Origin: an uncultured Vicinamibacterales bacterium
GTDB lineage: Bacteria > Acidobacteriota > Vicinamibacteria > Vicinamibacterales > JAKQTR01
NCBI GenBank assembly: GCA_964396055.1
Contig: CAYNDV010000007.1
Coordinates: 521 to 64,520, forward strand
Length of the DNA stretch: 64,000 nucleotides
Direction: 5' to 3'
The notes beneath the pieces were generated by a model. That model was not told where the DNA came from, made no database searches, and saw only the letters and a list, made by a program, of their open reading frames with translations. A program made the position numbers and the translations under genes. This document shows positions 9,599 through 19,214 of this stretch, one piece after another; the stretch's first letter is position 1, and each line of letters opens with the position of its first letter.

Positions 9599-10585
9599 TC
9601 AGACCACTAGGGGCAGCGAGACCGGGCGCCCCGTCCGGGCAGATTCGAGCAGCGCCCCGAGCGCCGCCACGTTGCCCCGGCTGTCGGCCAGGCTCACCCG
9701 CGCCGGCGTCCCGTCCAGCACGGCGGCGGACAGGTCTTCCACCTCGCCCGTATAGAGTTCCTGGCTGCCGGCGGGCACGGCGGTGACGCCGCCGTCGGCG
9801 TCGATCACGTCGACCGACGCGTCCAGGCCGGGCTTGAACGGGTTGCCGACCCGCACGGCCCCCGCGGTGCCGGCCACCTCCATGAACGTGGCAAACGGCG
9901 TGCAGAAGCTGGCGTCGATGGCGGCCAGCACGCCGCCGGGAAACACCAACTGGCCCACGAACGACTCGTCCACGCCGGACGGGTGGAGCCGCTGGTAGCC
10001 CGACACCTCGAGGGGTTCGTCACGCAGGACGCACCGGGCGAAACTCACCGGGTAGCACCCCACGTCCCACAGGCAGCCGCCGCCGAGTTCCGGCATCCAT
10101 CGGACATCGTCAGCGCGCGTGTGCAGGAAACGGAATGACCCGCGGATCACCCGCGGGCTGCCGATCCGGCCCTCCGCGACGAGGCGCTGGACCAGCGCCG
10201 TCTGCGGGTGGTGGCGGTACATGAACGCCTCGGCCACCACGCGGCGGTGAATCGAGGCGGCCGCGATGATGGCGTCCACGTCTGCCACGCGGGTGGCGAG
10301 GGGTTTCTCGCACAGCACGTGCTTGCCGGCCTGCACGGCCTTGATCGTCCACTCGGCGTGCAGCCCGTTGGGCAGCGCGATGTACACGACGTCGATGGAC
10401 GGATCCGCCAGCAGCGCCTCGTAGGCGCCGAGTGCGCGTTCGATGCCCCACTCGGCCGCGTAGGCCGCGGCGCGCTCCGCCGAGCGACTGGCCACCGCCA
10501 CCAGGCGGTTGCGCGCCGAGGCCCGCAGCGGCGGGATGATCACCCGGTTGATGCGCGCCGTGCCCAGCAGTCCCCAGTTCAGCAT
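9599..10585 (-). CDS. Gfo/Idh/MocA family oxidoreductase
   Basis: N-terminal Rossmann segment WGLLGTARI and an EKP motif (LCEKPLA). I trimmed the start to ATG 10585, which removes the overlap with the upstream gene stop at 10596. Confidence 0.8.
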   Translation of the reverse strand: MLNWGLLGTARINRVIIPPLRASARNRLVAVASRSAERAAAYAAEWGIERALGAYEALLADPSIDVVYIALPNGLHAEWTIKAVQAGKHVLCEKPLATRVADVDAIIAAASIHRRVVAEAFMYRHHPQTALVQRLVAEGRIGSPRVIRGSFRFLHTRADDVRWMPELGGGCLWDVGCYPVSFARCVLRDEPLEVSGYQRLHPSGVDESFVGQLVFPGGVLAAIDASFCTPFATFMEVAGTAGAVRVGNPFKPGLDASVDVIDADGGVTAVPAGSQELYTGEVEDLSAAVLDGTPARVSLADSRGNVAALGALLESARTGRPVSLPLVV

Positions 10586-10595
10586 GCGCCGTCCC

Positions 10596-12422
10596 TCAGG
10601 GCCGCAGGCGCGTGTCCACACGCATGCGGCCGTCAGTCGCTTTCAGGAAGAAGGGCTCCCACTCCCGCCGGTATCGATCGATCCGGGCCACGGCCGCGGG
10701 GTCGGCGGTCTGACCGGGCCCGACCACGTAGAGGAACGCCTGCCGGTGCAGCTTCGGCGACTCGGCCGCCGACGGCACCCGCGTCCCCATCGCATCGACC
10801 ACGTCCTGGATCAGCACGGACCGCCGCGTGCCGTTGAAGGTGACGCCCACACGGGGGTTCGACGCGTTGTCGCGGCTGGGCACCACGTTGGTGGGGCTGT
10901 CGACGTAGAACACCGGCGGCACGTCCGCCGCGTCGCGCAGGCCCATGGCGTACTGGTCCAGGGCGCTGTAGCGCTCCACGGCCGCCGCCGTGCGGAAGGC
11001 GCCGCCGCCCAGGTCGGCGATGTCGTTGCCCTCGACGAACGACGCGTCGGAGTCGAAGAAGAAGCTCCAGTGCACCTCGTCGCGGCCCAGCCACGCCCCC
11101 GACGCCGTCCCGTTGGACTCGCGGAACTTCAGGTTCACCAGCCAGCGGTGGCCCGACTCGTGCCCGATCAGCCCCAACGTGCTGTTCTCGCCGGCGAAGC
11201 GCAGGGTGGGGTCGGCCGGGTACTTCGCGAGGTCGTCCATGAACGCGATGCTGCTCAGCCGGCCGGCGCTGCCGAACTCGGCCGAGGCGTTGAATACGCT
11301 CGCGCCGATGCCCCGGATGTCGTTGGCGATGGTGGTCTCGTACGCGAAGGCGTCGGACACGAGCTTCCGATCGCTCCAGACCACCAACTGGTCGTAGAGA
11401 TCGCCGTGCGTGCGGTAGAACGCCTGGCCGAGGGCCGCCAGGTCGATGTCCAGCTCCTCGGCGAACCGCTCCCCCACCGCGGCGACCCCGCCGTCCACGG
11501 TGCCGGACTGGGCGCGCGCCAGATCGACGGGCGCAAACACCGTGGTCTGCCCCGGCGACAAGCCCACCACGCCGACGGGCAGCGTGGTGGTATCGGCGAA
11601 CTTGAACTCCACCTGGCCGTCGCGCTGGAACACCAGCTGCGCGGTCACCTTGCGGCTCTCCTCGAACCCGGGCACGTTGCACCAGGTGACCGTGAACAAG
11701 TCGGCCTGCGTGTTCACGAAGACGCCGCCGCCAGCCGACGGGTCGAGATCGGCGAAGAACAGCGCGACACGCGGGGGCCCCGTCAGGAACCGCGTCACCG
11801 AGCGGTCGGTGCTGGCGAAGTCGGCGTCGCCGAACGTGACGTTGCCGTCCGAGTTCAGGAACGCGGTCGTGAAGGCCTGCCCGTAGAATGTCGCCTGGAA
11901 CGGCAGCGTGAACGACGCGCTCTGGTCGTCGCCGAGCGTGACGCGCTGCCCCAGCGTCTGCCGGAACTGCGGGTCGCCGCGCCGCGCGTCGTACCCGCCT
12001 GCGGCATTGCGGGCGAAGGCCACGGCCGTGCCCTTGAGGTCGAACGCGTTGACCGGGATCATGATGTCGCCCGCGTCCTGGATCACCACGATCTCGCCCA
12101 CATCGTCCGCCGCCGAATCAGGCAGGGGTCCGGCGCCCGCGCGGCCGGCGGCCGCCGCCCGGTGCGTCCAGAGCGCATCGAGCACGTTGTTGGGCCGGTA
12201 CCGGCAGAAGCGGGGCTCGCGCTTGGCGAGCTCGGCGGGGCTCGGTTCGGCGCGGGCGGTGTCGTCCGGCGCCTCGGCCGCGATGTTCGCGCAGGGATTG
12301 GTGCCGCTCGGGGGCGGCGTCGTGGGCGGCGCCGGATCGTTGTTCGAGCTGCTCGAACCGCCGCCGCACGCGGCTGCCGCCGCCGCCAGCAGGATGCCAA
12401 GGGCCAGGATACGCGTACGCAT
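10596..12422 (-). CDS. Secreted lipoprotein with HExxH motif (putative zinc metalloprotease-like, family not recognised)
   Basis: Lipobox LLAAAAAAC is followed by a Ser/Pro-rich linker. A single HESGH motif is present. ATG 12422 is preceded by GGAG. 608 aa. Confidence 0.6.
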   Translation of the reverse strand: MRTRILALGILLAAAAAACGGGSSSSNNDPAPPTTPPPSGTNPCANIAAEAPDDTARAEPSPAELAKREPRFCRYRPNNVLDALWTHRAAAAGRAGAGPLPDSAADDVGEIVVIQDAGDIMIPVNAFDLKGTAVAFARNAAGGYDARRGDPQFRQTLGQRVTLGDDQSASFTLPFQATFYGQAFTTAFLNSDGNVTFGDADFASTDRSVTRFLTGPPRVALFFADLDPSAGGGVFVNTQADLFTVTWCNVPGFEESRKVTAQLVFQRDGQVEFKFADTTTLPVGVVGLSPGQTTVFAPVDLARAQSGTVDGGVAAVGERFAEELDIDLAALGQAFYRTHGDLYDQLVVWSDRKLVSDAFAYETTIANDIRGIGASVFNASAEFGSAGRLSSIAFMDDLAKYPADPTLRFAGENSTLGLIGHESGHRWLVNLKFRESNGTASGAWLGRDEVHWSFFFDSDASFVEGNDIADLGGGAFRTAAAVERYSALDQYAMGLRDAADVPPVFYVDSPTNVVPSRDNASNPRVGVTFNGTRRSVLIQDVVDAMGTRVPSAAESPKLHRQAFLYVVGPGQTADPAAVARIDRYRREWEPFFLKATDGRMRVDTRLRP

Positions 12423-12440
12423 GGTGGACTCCAAGGCAGT

Positions 12441-13238
12441 CTACCGGAAGTAGGCGTGCAGGGCGATGCCCGCGGCCGCGGCGACGTTGACCGAGTCGAC
12501 GCCCGGCGCCATCGCGATCCGTGCCAGGCGCCGGGCCTGGCCGATCGCCTCGTCGGAGAGGCCGTCGCCCTCGTGGCCGAGCAGCAACGCCGTGCGCCCC
12601 GTCGACGCCGTGGCGCACTGCCGCAGATCGTCGGCGCCGTCGCGCGGCGTCAGCGCCACGATCTCGTACCCCGCCTCGCGCACGCGATGCAGACCCGAAG
12701 GCCAGTCGTCCACGACGCCCCATGGCACCCGCAGCGTGGCGCCGATCGACACCCGGATCGCCTTGCGGTAGAGCGGATCGCAGCACCCCGGGCTCAGCAG
12801 AACGCAGCCGACGCCGAATGCGCGGGCGTTGCGGAACACCGCGCCCATGTTGTCGGCGTTCGCCAGGCGCTCGACGATGACGATGAGCGGCGAACCCGCC
12901 GCCTCCGCCAGCGGATCCGCGGGCCCGGCCGGCCGCTCGCCAAGGGCCAGACATCCGCGGTGGATGTTGAAGCCGACGATGCCCGTCAGCACCGGGAGAT
13001 CGGCGAGGAACACCGGCAGGCCGGGGTGGCTGTCGAGCACGTCCCGCAGGCCGTCGTGGGCCGGAGGCGTCACCAGCAGCGAACGCACCCGGTAGTTGGG
13101 CGCCTCGAGCAGGGCCCGCACCACCAGCCGCCCCTCCGCCACGAAGAGCCCGCGCTCGCGCAGAAGCGTCGGATCCGGCACGTTGCGGTAGTCCGCAATC
13201 TGCGGGTCGTCCGGGTCCGAGATGGCGAGGGTGGGCAT
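12441..13238 (-). CDS. SpoU/TrmH family RNA 2'-O-methyltransferase
   Basis: SpoU motifs are VERLANADNMGAVFRNA, LLLGHEGDGLS and SVNVAAAAGIALH. Confidence 0.8.
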   Translation of the reverse strand: MPTLAISDPDDPQIADYRNVPDPTLLRERGLFVAEGRLVVRALLEAPNYRVRSLLVTPPAHDGLRDVLDSHPGLPVFLADLPVLTGIVGFNIHRGCLALGERPAGPADPLAEAAGSPLIVIVERLANADNMGAVFRNARAFGVGCVLLSPGCCDPLYRKAIRVSIGATLRVPWGVVDDWPSGLHRVREAGYEIVALTPRDGADDLRQCATASTGRTALLLGHEGDGLSDEAIGQARRLARIAMAPGVDSVNVAAAAGIALHAYFR

Positions 13239-13306
13239 GCGGCTTCCGCGCGCGGCGCGCTTGTGGTTAAGCTATCACCGATGCGGCCCCTGCCGCCGAG
13301 GTTCTT

Positions 13307-14473
13307 ATGCACCTGCTGCGCCGACTTGCCGTTCTCGTCGCCGTCCTGATGATCGCTGCCGTCGCCGGCGCTGCCGCGCAGGCGCCCGCGCCCCCTCCGG
13401 CGGGTGTGCCGGCCGCCGACGAGGCACTGAGTGCCGTGAAGGCGCGCGTGGCGCCGGACCGTCGTCTCGTGCACTTCGACCTGAAGACGCGCCTCCAGAA
13501 CGACACGCTGGTGGTGGAAGGCGACGTCGAGGGCGCGGCCGCGAAAGAGGCGGCGCTGGCCGCTCTGCGCGCAGCCGGCTTCACGCGCATCGAGGACCAC
13601 ATCGTCGCGCTCCCCGATCCGAGACTCGGCGAGAAACGTTTCGGCATCGTCCGCGTGAGCGTGGCCAACGTGAAGGGCAAGCCGTCGCACATGTCGGACA
13701 TGGCGACGCAGACCGTCATGGGGTGGCCCGTGCGCGTGCTGGGCGCGTCCGGCGGCTGGTACTACGTGCATACGGAGCCGGATGGGTACCTCGGCTGGAT
13801 CGAGGAACTGCAGCTCACGCTCGTGGACGAGGCCGGGCAGCGCGCCTGGACCGACGGCGCCCGGGTGATCGTCACGGTGCCCTCGGCCACGGTGACCGAG
13901 ACCCCGTCAGCCACGGGTGTGCCCGTCACGGACGTGGTGATGGGCGCGCTCCTGCGGTTGTCGGGCAACAAGGGCAGCTGGGTGGCGGTGGAGTTGCCGG
14001 ACGGCCGGCGCGGCCACCTGCCGGCCACCGCCGCCAAGGCGTACGCGCCGTGGGTAGCGGCGACGAAGCCGACGGCCGACGGCATCGAGCGGGAAGCCCT
14101 GCGGTTCATGGGCGTGCCCTACCTGTGGGGCGGCACGTCGAGCAAGGGCTTCGACTGCTCCGGGTATTCGAAGACCGTGTTCCGGATGAACGGCATCGAG
14201 TTGCCGCGCGACGCCGACCAGCAGGGCGACACCGGGACGGCGGTCCCGATCGACGACCAGATGAGCGCGCTGCGCAAGGGCGACCTGCTGTTCTTCGGGT
14301 CGAAGGCCACGGCCGAGCGCCCCGAGCGCATCACGCACGTCGGCATCTATGTCGGCAACGGGGAGTTCCTGCACGCGTCGGGGCTGGTGCGCCGCAACAG
14401 CCTGCTGCCGGCCTCGCCGCTCTTCAGCGAGAGCCTGCGCACGCGTCTGCTGCGCGTCCGCCGCGTGTTCTAG
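13307..14473 (+). CDS. NlpC/P60 (C40) family cell-wall peptidase
   Basis: Signal peptide present. The C-terminal catalytic core is GFDCSGYSKTVF...THVGIYVGNGEFLHAS, preceded by an SH3b-like region. Confidence 0.85.
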   Translation: MHLLRRLAVLVAVLMIAAVAGAAAQAPAPPPAGVPAADEALSAVKARVAPDRRLVHFDLKTRLQNDTLVVEGDVEGAAAKEAALAALRAAGFTRIEDHIVALPDPRLGEKRFGIVRVSVANVKGKPSHMSDMATQTVMGWPVRVLGASGGWYYVHTEPDGYLGWIEELQLTLVDEAGQRAWTDGARVIVTVPSATVTETPSATGVPVTDVVMGALLRLSGNKGSWVAVELPDGRRGHLPATAAKAYAPWVAATKPTADGIEREALRFMGVPYLWGGTSSKGFDCSGYSKTVFRMNGIELPRDADQQGDTGTAVPIDDQMSALRKGDLLFFGSKATAERPERITHVGIYVGNGEFLHASGLVRRNSLLPASPLFSESLRTRLLRVRRVF

Positions 14474-14487
14474 GTCCGGGCTCGACT

Positions 14488-14538
14488 TTCGTGGCGTCCG
14501 GCTTCCCTCGACTTCGCTCGGGACAGGTCAGCCGGACG
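14488..14538. repeat. REP-B hairpin with a nested 23-nt insert in its loop
   Basis: TTCGTGGCGTCCGGCTTC [CCTCGACTTCGCTCGGGACAGGT] CAGCCGGACG. The flanks equal the intact copy at 14622-14649. The insert resembles the 57017-57040 segment of the hairpin between pheS and pheT. Confidence 0.6.
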
Positions 14539-14621
14539 AATGGGCTCGGATCGACACGACCGCTCCCGAGCCGGACTCCGCAGGCCGGGAACCCTCCTCG
14601 GCTCAGCGTCGGGTTCCGTGT

Positions 14622-14649
14622 CTTCGTGGCGTCCGGCTTCAGCCGGACG
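14622..14649. repeat. REP-B hairpin
   Basis: CTTCGTGG CGTCCGGC-TTCA-GCCGGACG has a perfect 8-bp stem (14630-14637 / 14642-14649). Confidence 0.7.
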
Positions 14650-14717
14650 TAACAGACCGAGGCGGCCTGCTCCGTACGGCTCGTTCGCAGCCGTACCGAC
14701 CCGAGGTCCAGGACCGT

Positions 14718-14746
14718 GTCGTGCAGGGCTTCAGCCCTGCCTGGGG
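14718..14746 (-). repeat. REP-A hairpin, reverse orientation
   Basis: GTCGTGCAGGGCTTCAGCCCTGCCTGGGG is the reverse complement of the consensus CCnGGCAGGGCTGAAGCCCTGCACTAC seen at five other sites. Confidence 0.75.
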
Positions 14747-14747
14747 T

Positions 14748-14775
14748 GGTTCACGGTTCACGATTCACGGTTTAC
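14748..14775. repeat. Heptanucleotide tandem array (GGTTCAC) x4
   Basis: GGTTCAC GGTTCAC GATTCAC GGTTTAC. The same unit family recurs at 57003-57097. Confidence 0.85.
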
Positions 14776-14777
14776 GG

Positions 14778-16013
<1,236 letters not shown>

Positions 16014-16042
16014 GGGGGGATTCTACAGGCAACGGGGGGAAG

Positions 16043-16140
16043 GGCCGTCAGGCCATCAGGCCGTTCGGCCGTTGGGCCAGTGGGCCGTTCGGCCGTTCGC
16101 CCGTTCGGCCATAGGCCGCTGGGCCGTTCGGCCGTTGGGC
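16043..16140. repeat. Octanucleotide tandem array (GGCCGTTS), about 12 units
   Basis: GGCCGTCA GGCCATCA GGCCGTTC GGCCGTTG GGCCAGTG GGCCGTTC GGCCGTTC GCCCGTTC GGCCATA GGCCGCTG GGCCGTTC GGCCGTTG. It begins 29 nt upstream of the M20 start codon. The same unit recurs at 39865-39904. Confidence 0.85.
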
Positions 16141-16675
16141 TTCAGGCTCGCGGTCGATTCAACTCCACTGGACTTCCCTGCCCGGACTGCATCGGTCAGG
16201 GTATCCCGTTCGATACCACGTCGAACTCGGGCCCCATCTCGGAACGTCGACCGCCGCCGAGTTCTTGCACGGGCCGCCGGCGGCGAAATGAGGTAATTCC
16301 CCTGGTCAGGCTGCCGGCGGCAGTTTGACGGCGCTCGGGTCCACTCCGCCCTCGAAATCGCTGTGCAACGGAGCCTTGCGGCGATGCTACCGCGGTGGAA
16401 GAATGCGCACGGCGGTCCGGGCGATTCGGACGATGGAGCCTTGGGTCTTCCTCCGATGCCTGAAAGAAAGTTGCCTGACGCACCAAGAAGGCGTCGTCCT
16501 CATGGCACAGACTGATTTCTCGTGGTGGCGCATCGTCTGGCGGGCTGGGCTGGTCGTCGGTGTCGTGCTGGTCCTCTTCGGCGCGGCGTGAGTCTGGGGC
16601 TGACGGCGAGCACGGTGCTTCGGGTGCCGTCGCCGGGCAAGGTCCCTGGGCGCGGGCCATTGAAAGGGGCATGGC

Positions 16676-16987
16676 GTGAACGAAGTCGTTGCCGTCGGTC
16701 TTCTCGTTGGCGCCGGCGCGGTGCTGGTCCTTGTTGTTCGCCTCGCGGCGATTGAGCGGCGGTTGGCGCGCCTGTCGCGAATGGAGACGAAAGTCGACCT
16801 GTTGCTCAGGTCAGCGGGCGTTGCATTCGACGCCATGCATGATGTGCCCCCCGGCGTTCGCGAGGCCCTCGACCGGGGTGAGACGATCCTCGCAATCAAG
16901 CGGTTCCGCGAGGCCACGGGCGCTGGTCTCAAGGACGCGAAGGACTTCGTTGACGAGGTCCGTCGGCGGCAAGCCCCGGTGGCCTGA
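16676..16987 (+). CDS. Small membrane-anchored protein with a ribosomal L7/L12 C-terminal-domain-like segment
   Basis: GTG start with AAAGGGG upstream and an N-terminal TM helix (VVAVGLLVGAGAVLVLVV). TILAIKRFREATGAGLKDAKDFVD matches 14 of 24 positions of E. coli RplL [24 protein letters not shown]. Confidence 0.65.
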   Translation: MNEVVAVGLLVGAGAVLVLVVRLAAIERRLARLSRMETKVDLLLRSAGVAFDAMHDVPPGVREALDRGETILAIKRFREATGAGLKDAKDFVDEVRRRQAPVA

Positions 16988-17100
16988 CGGTTGGCTGGTT
17001 GGCAGACATTGCAGCCGACGGCGCGCGGCGCAATACTGAGCCCCGCCGTGGCTGAAGCGCCCATCACCAGGCGGCATCAACGACTCACCAGCTCACGCAG

Positions 17101-17952
17101 ATGCGCACACCCCTCCCCTTGCTGGTTCTCGTCGTCGGCATGGCCCTGCAGTCTGCCTGCGGGCTGCTCCTGAATCCCTATCGGGACCTCGCCTGGATCG
17201 CCCTCGGCTGGCTGGGCAACGATGCCGTCACGTTCATCGTAGTCTGCCCCCTGTTCGCGGCGGCCCTCACCGGCAGGCGACCGGACCAGCCGCGCTGGCA
17301 ACTGGTGCGTGCCGGCCTTGTTGGCTATGCCGTCTACAACTACGCGTTCTACATGCTCGGTGCAGCCCTGAATGCGATGTTCCCCTTCTACATCGCGCTC
17401 TTCGTCACCGCCATCGTGAGCATCGTCTCCGAAATGAACCGCGAGCGGACCGAGCGTCTGGCGCAGGCGTACGCCGCGGATACGCCGGTTCGGCTCCTGG
17501 GCGGCTACTTGACGGCTGTGGCCGTGTGCCTCTCGATCGTCTGGCTGGTCATGTGGGGACTGCATGTCTTCGCCAACCGGCCTGCGCCCGGGTCGCCAGA
17601 AGTCTTCCGCCTCGTCGCGGCCCTGGACCTCGGGTTCATGGTTCCCGCACTGGCAACCGGGGGCGTCCTGCTGTGGCGTCGCAGGCCGCTCGGGTTCACG
17701 CTCAGCGCCGTGGCCGCGAGTCAAGCCGCCCTGTACCTCCTCGTCCTGTCCGTCAACTCGGCGCTGACGATACACCGCGGGCTCTCACCATGGCCGGGCG
17801 AGCTGCCGGTCTGGGCTCCACTCTGCACGACCACGACGGCTTGTGCACTCTGGCTGTTGCGCCACGTGGCTTCACCGGGAGAGGCGAGGAGTGGGCCACA
17901 CGGGGCGCCACGCCGCGATGGGCCGGACGACGCACCACGATCGATGCGATAA
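17101..17952 (+). CDS. Hypothetical polytopic membrane protein
   Basis: 283-aa ORF with about 7 hydrophobic helices. I recognised no family. No clear SD, so the start is uncertain. Confidence 0.55.
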   Translation: MRTPLPLLVLVVGMALQSACGLLLNPYRDLAWIALGWLGNDAVTFIVVCPLFAAALTGRRPDQPRWQLVRAGLVGYAVYNYAFYMLGAALNAMFPFYIALFVTAIVSIVSEMNRERTERLAQAYAADTPVRLLGGYLTAVAVCLSIVWLVMWGLHVFANRPAPGSPEVFRLVAALDLGFMVPALATGGVLLWRRRPLGFTLSAVAASQAALYLLVLSVNSALTIHRGLSPWPGELPVWAPLCTTTTACALWLLRHVASPGEARSGPHGAPRRDGPDDAPRSMR

Positions 17953-17976
17953 TGGTACGACGAACTACGCATCGAT
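17940..17976 (+). promoter_or_regulatory. Putative promoter and operator of the first toxin-antitoxin module
   Basis: Perfect 9-bp inverted repeat ATCGATGCG (17940-17948) / CGCATCGAT (17968-17976). It brackets a GATAAT -10-like box (17948-17953). GGAG lies at 17977-17980 and the ATG at 17987. Confidence 0.4.
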
Positions 17977-17986
17977 TGGAGAACTC

Positions 17987-18193
17987 ATGGACACCGTCAC
18001 CATCTCACCGAAGTTCCAGGTGGTCATCCCGAAGGGGATTCGGACGCGACTGAAGCTCCGGGCCGGGCAGAAGGTCCAGGCCCTGGCGTACGACGACCGC
18101 ATCGAACTCGTGCCGGTCAGGCCAGCGCGACAGTTGAAGGGCTTTCTCCGTGGCATCGACACCGCCGTTCCGCGGGAAGAGGATCGCGCATGA
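17987..18193 (+). CDS. AbrB/MazE/SpoVT-type antitoxin
   Basis: MDTVTISPKFQVVIPKGIRTRLKLRAGQKV is the swapped-hairpin AbrB-type N-terminus. 68 aa. I trimmed the start to ATG 17987 with a GGAG SD. There is an ATGA overlap with the downstream PIN gene. Confidence 0.8.
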   Translation: MDTVTISPKFQVVIPKGIRTRLKLRAGQKVQALAYDDRIELVPVRPARQLKGFLRGIDTAVPREEDRA

Positions 18194-18582
18194 ACGTCGT
18201 CGATTCGTCCGGGTGGCTGGAGTACTTCGCGGACGGCCCGAACGCGGACTTCTTCGCCAGGGCGATCGAGAAGACCCGTGAACTCGTGGTGCCAACCGTG
18301 AGCCTCTACGAGGTCTTCAAGCGTGTCCTGCAGCAGCGGGGCGAAGGGGATGCCCTCCAGGCCGTCGCCATCATGCGGCAGGGACGGATCATCGAACTGT
18401 CGGAGTCGATCGCTCTTGCGGCGGCGCGACTGTCGGCCGACATGGGCCTGCCCATGGCGGACAGCATCATGCTGGCGAGCGCCAACGCCTGTGAAGCCAC
18501 CTTCTGGACCCAGGACGCGGACTTCACGGCGGTACGTGGCGTGCGCTACGTACCGAAGCGCGGGAGCCGCTCGACAAGCTGA
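18190..18582 (+). CDS. vapC: PIN-domain toxin (VapC family)
   Basis: The acidic PIN quartet is present: VVDSS, LYEV, ADSIM and TQDADF. 130 aa. It has a 4-nt overlap with the antitoxin gene. Confidence 0.85.
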   Translation: MNVVDSSGWLEYFADGPNADFFARAIEKTRELVVPTVSLYEVFKRVLQQRGEGDALQAVAIMRQGRIIELSESIALAAARLSADMGLPMADSIMLASANACEATFWTQDADFTAVRGVRYVPKRGSRSTS

Positions 18583-18695
18583 CACCCGGCTGGCGCCCGC
18601 GCACCGGATCAGACGACGGCAGCCGACGGGAGCCGGGACCTGTCGCCGACGCCCGCAAGTCCGTAACATGAGCCTCAAGCGGCCGGGTTTCGAAC

Positions 18696-19214
18696 ATGAC
18701 CATTGAAGAACGGCTTCACGCATTCAACGCGGCCCGGGCGGCCATGCTCGACGAATTGGAGCACCTCGACCCGGCCGCGCTGGTGGCGAGGCCGCTCGCG
18801 GGAAAGTGGTCGATGCTCGACATCATCGAGCACCTCGTACTTGCCGAACGAGCGGTGTTCCGGGGGTTGCCCGACCCGCTGCGACTCGTGGAGGCCAGGC
18901 GCGGGGTCGGGCATCGCATCCGCTACCTGCTTGTCATGTTGGTGCTCACGTCCGGCATCCGAGTGAATGTGCCCTCGCCCGCGATGGTGCCGCGTGGCGA
19001 TCGCACCCTGGCCGAGTTGCGCCGCCTCTGGGACGACAGTCAGGACTGGGTCAGGTCGTGCCTTGACCACCATGGTCCGGACATCGCCCGGAGAGCTGTC
19101 TGCGAGCACCCCGTGGCCGGCCCGTTGACGCTGGAACAGGCGCTGCGCATGGGGCAGGTTCACCTCGACGGCCATGTGAGGCAGATCAGGGCGCTTCAAC
19201 GGCTGCTGGCGTGA
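18696..19214 (+). CDS. DinB-superfamily (DinB_2-like) metal-binding protein
   Basis: Four-helix DinB-type pattern with His motifs IIEHLVLAE and HLDGHVRQI. 172 aa. Confidence 0.7.
   Translation: MTIEERLHAFNAARAAMLDELEHLDPAALVARPLAGKWSMLDIIEHLVLAERAVFRGLPDPLRLVEARRGVGHRIRYLLVMLVLTSGIRVNVPSPAMVPRGDRTLAELRRLWDDSQDWVRSCLDHHGPDIARRAVCEHPVAGPLTLEQALRMGQVHLDGHVRQIRALQRLLA
19171..19208 (+). repeat. 38-bp direct repeat, copy 1 (inside the 3' end of the DinB-family gene)
   Basis: GCCATGTGAGGCAGATCAGGGCGCTTCAACGGCTGCTG matches 20583-20620 at 37 of 38 positions. Confidence 0.9.

Noticed and set aside
10509-13349. 946-aa plus-strand ORF spanning three annotated minus-strand genes
   Set aside because: Its composition is Arg/Gly/Pro/Ala-dominated with no motifs. 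It lies antisense to the clearly recognisable oxidoreductase, lipoprotein and SpoU-methylase genes. This is the typical stop-poor shadow ORF of 70% GC DNA.
16150-16220. tRNA-like T-loop strings (GGTCGATTCAACTCC, CCGTTCGATACC) that might mark a tRNA integration site. A similar GGGTTCGAACC lies at 60931-60941.
   Set aside because: No acceptor, D or anticodon stems can be drawn around them. The 60931 string lies inside the ABC transporter coding sequence. I could support no tRNA or tmRNA gene anywhere in the window.
16196-16672. ORFs 16196-16672 (minus) and 16325-16591 (plus) in the island's left flank
   Set aside because: Their composition is odd (Arg/Pro/Asp-rich or Cys/Arg-rich), there is no SD and there are no motifs. 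I left the region as non-coding and flagged it as a finding instead.
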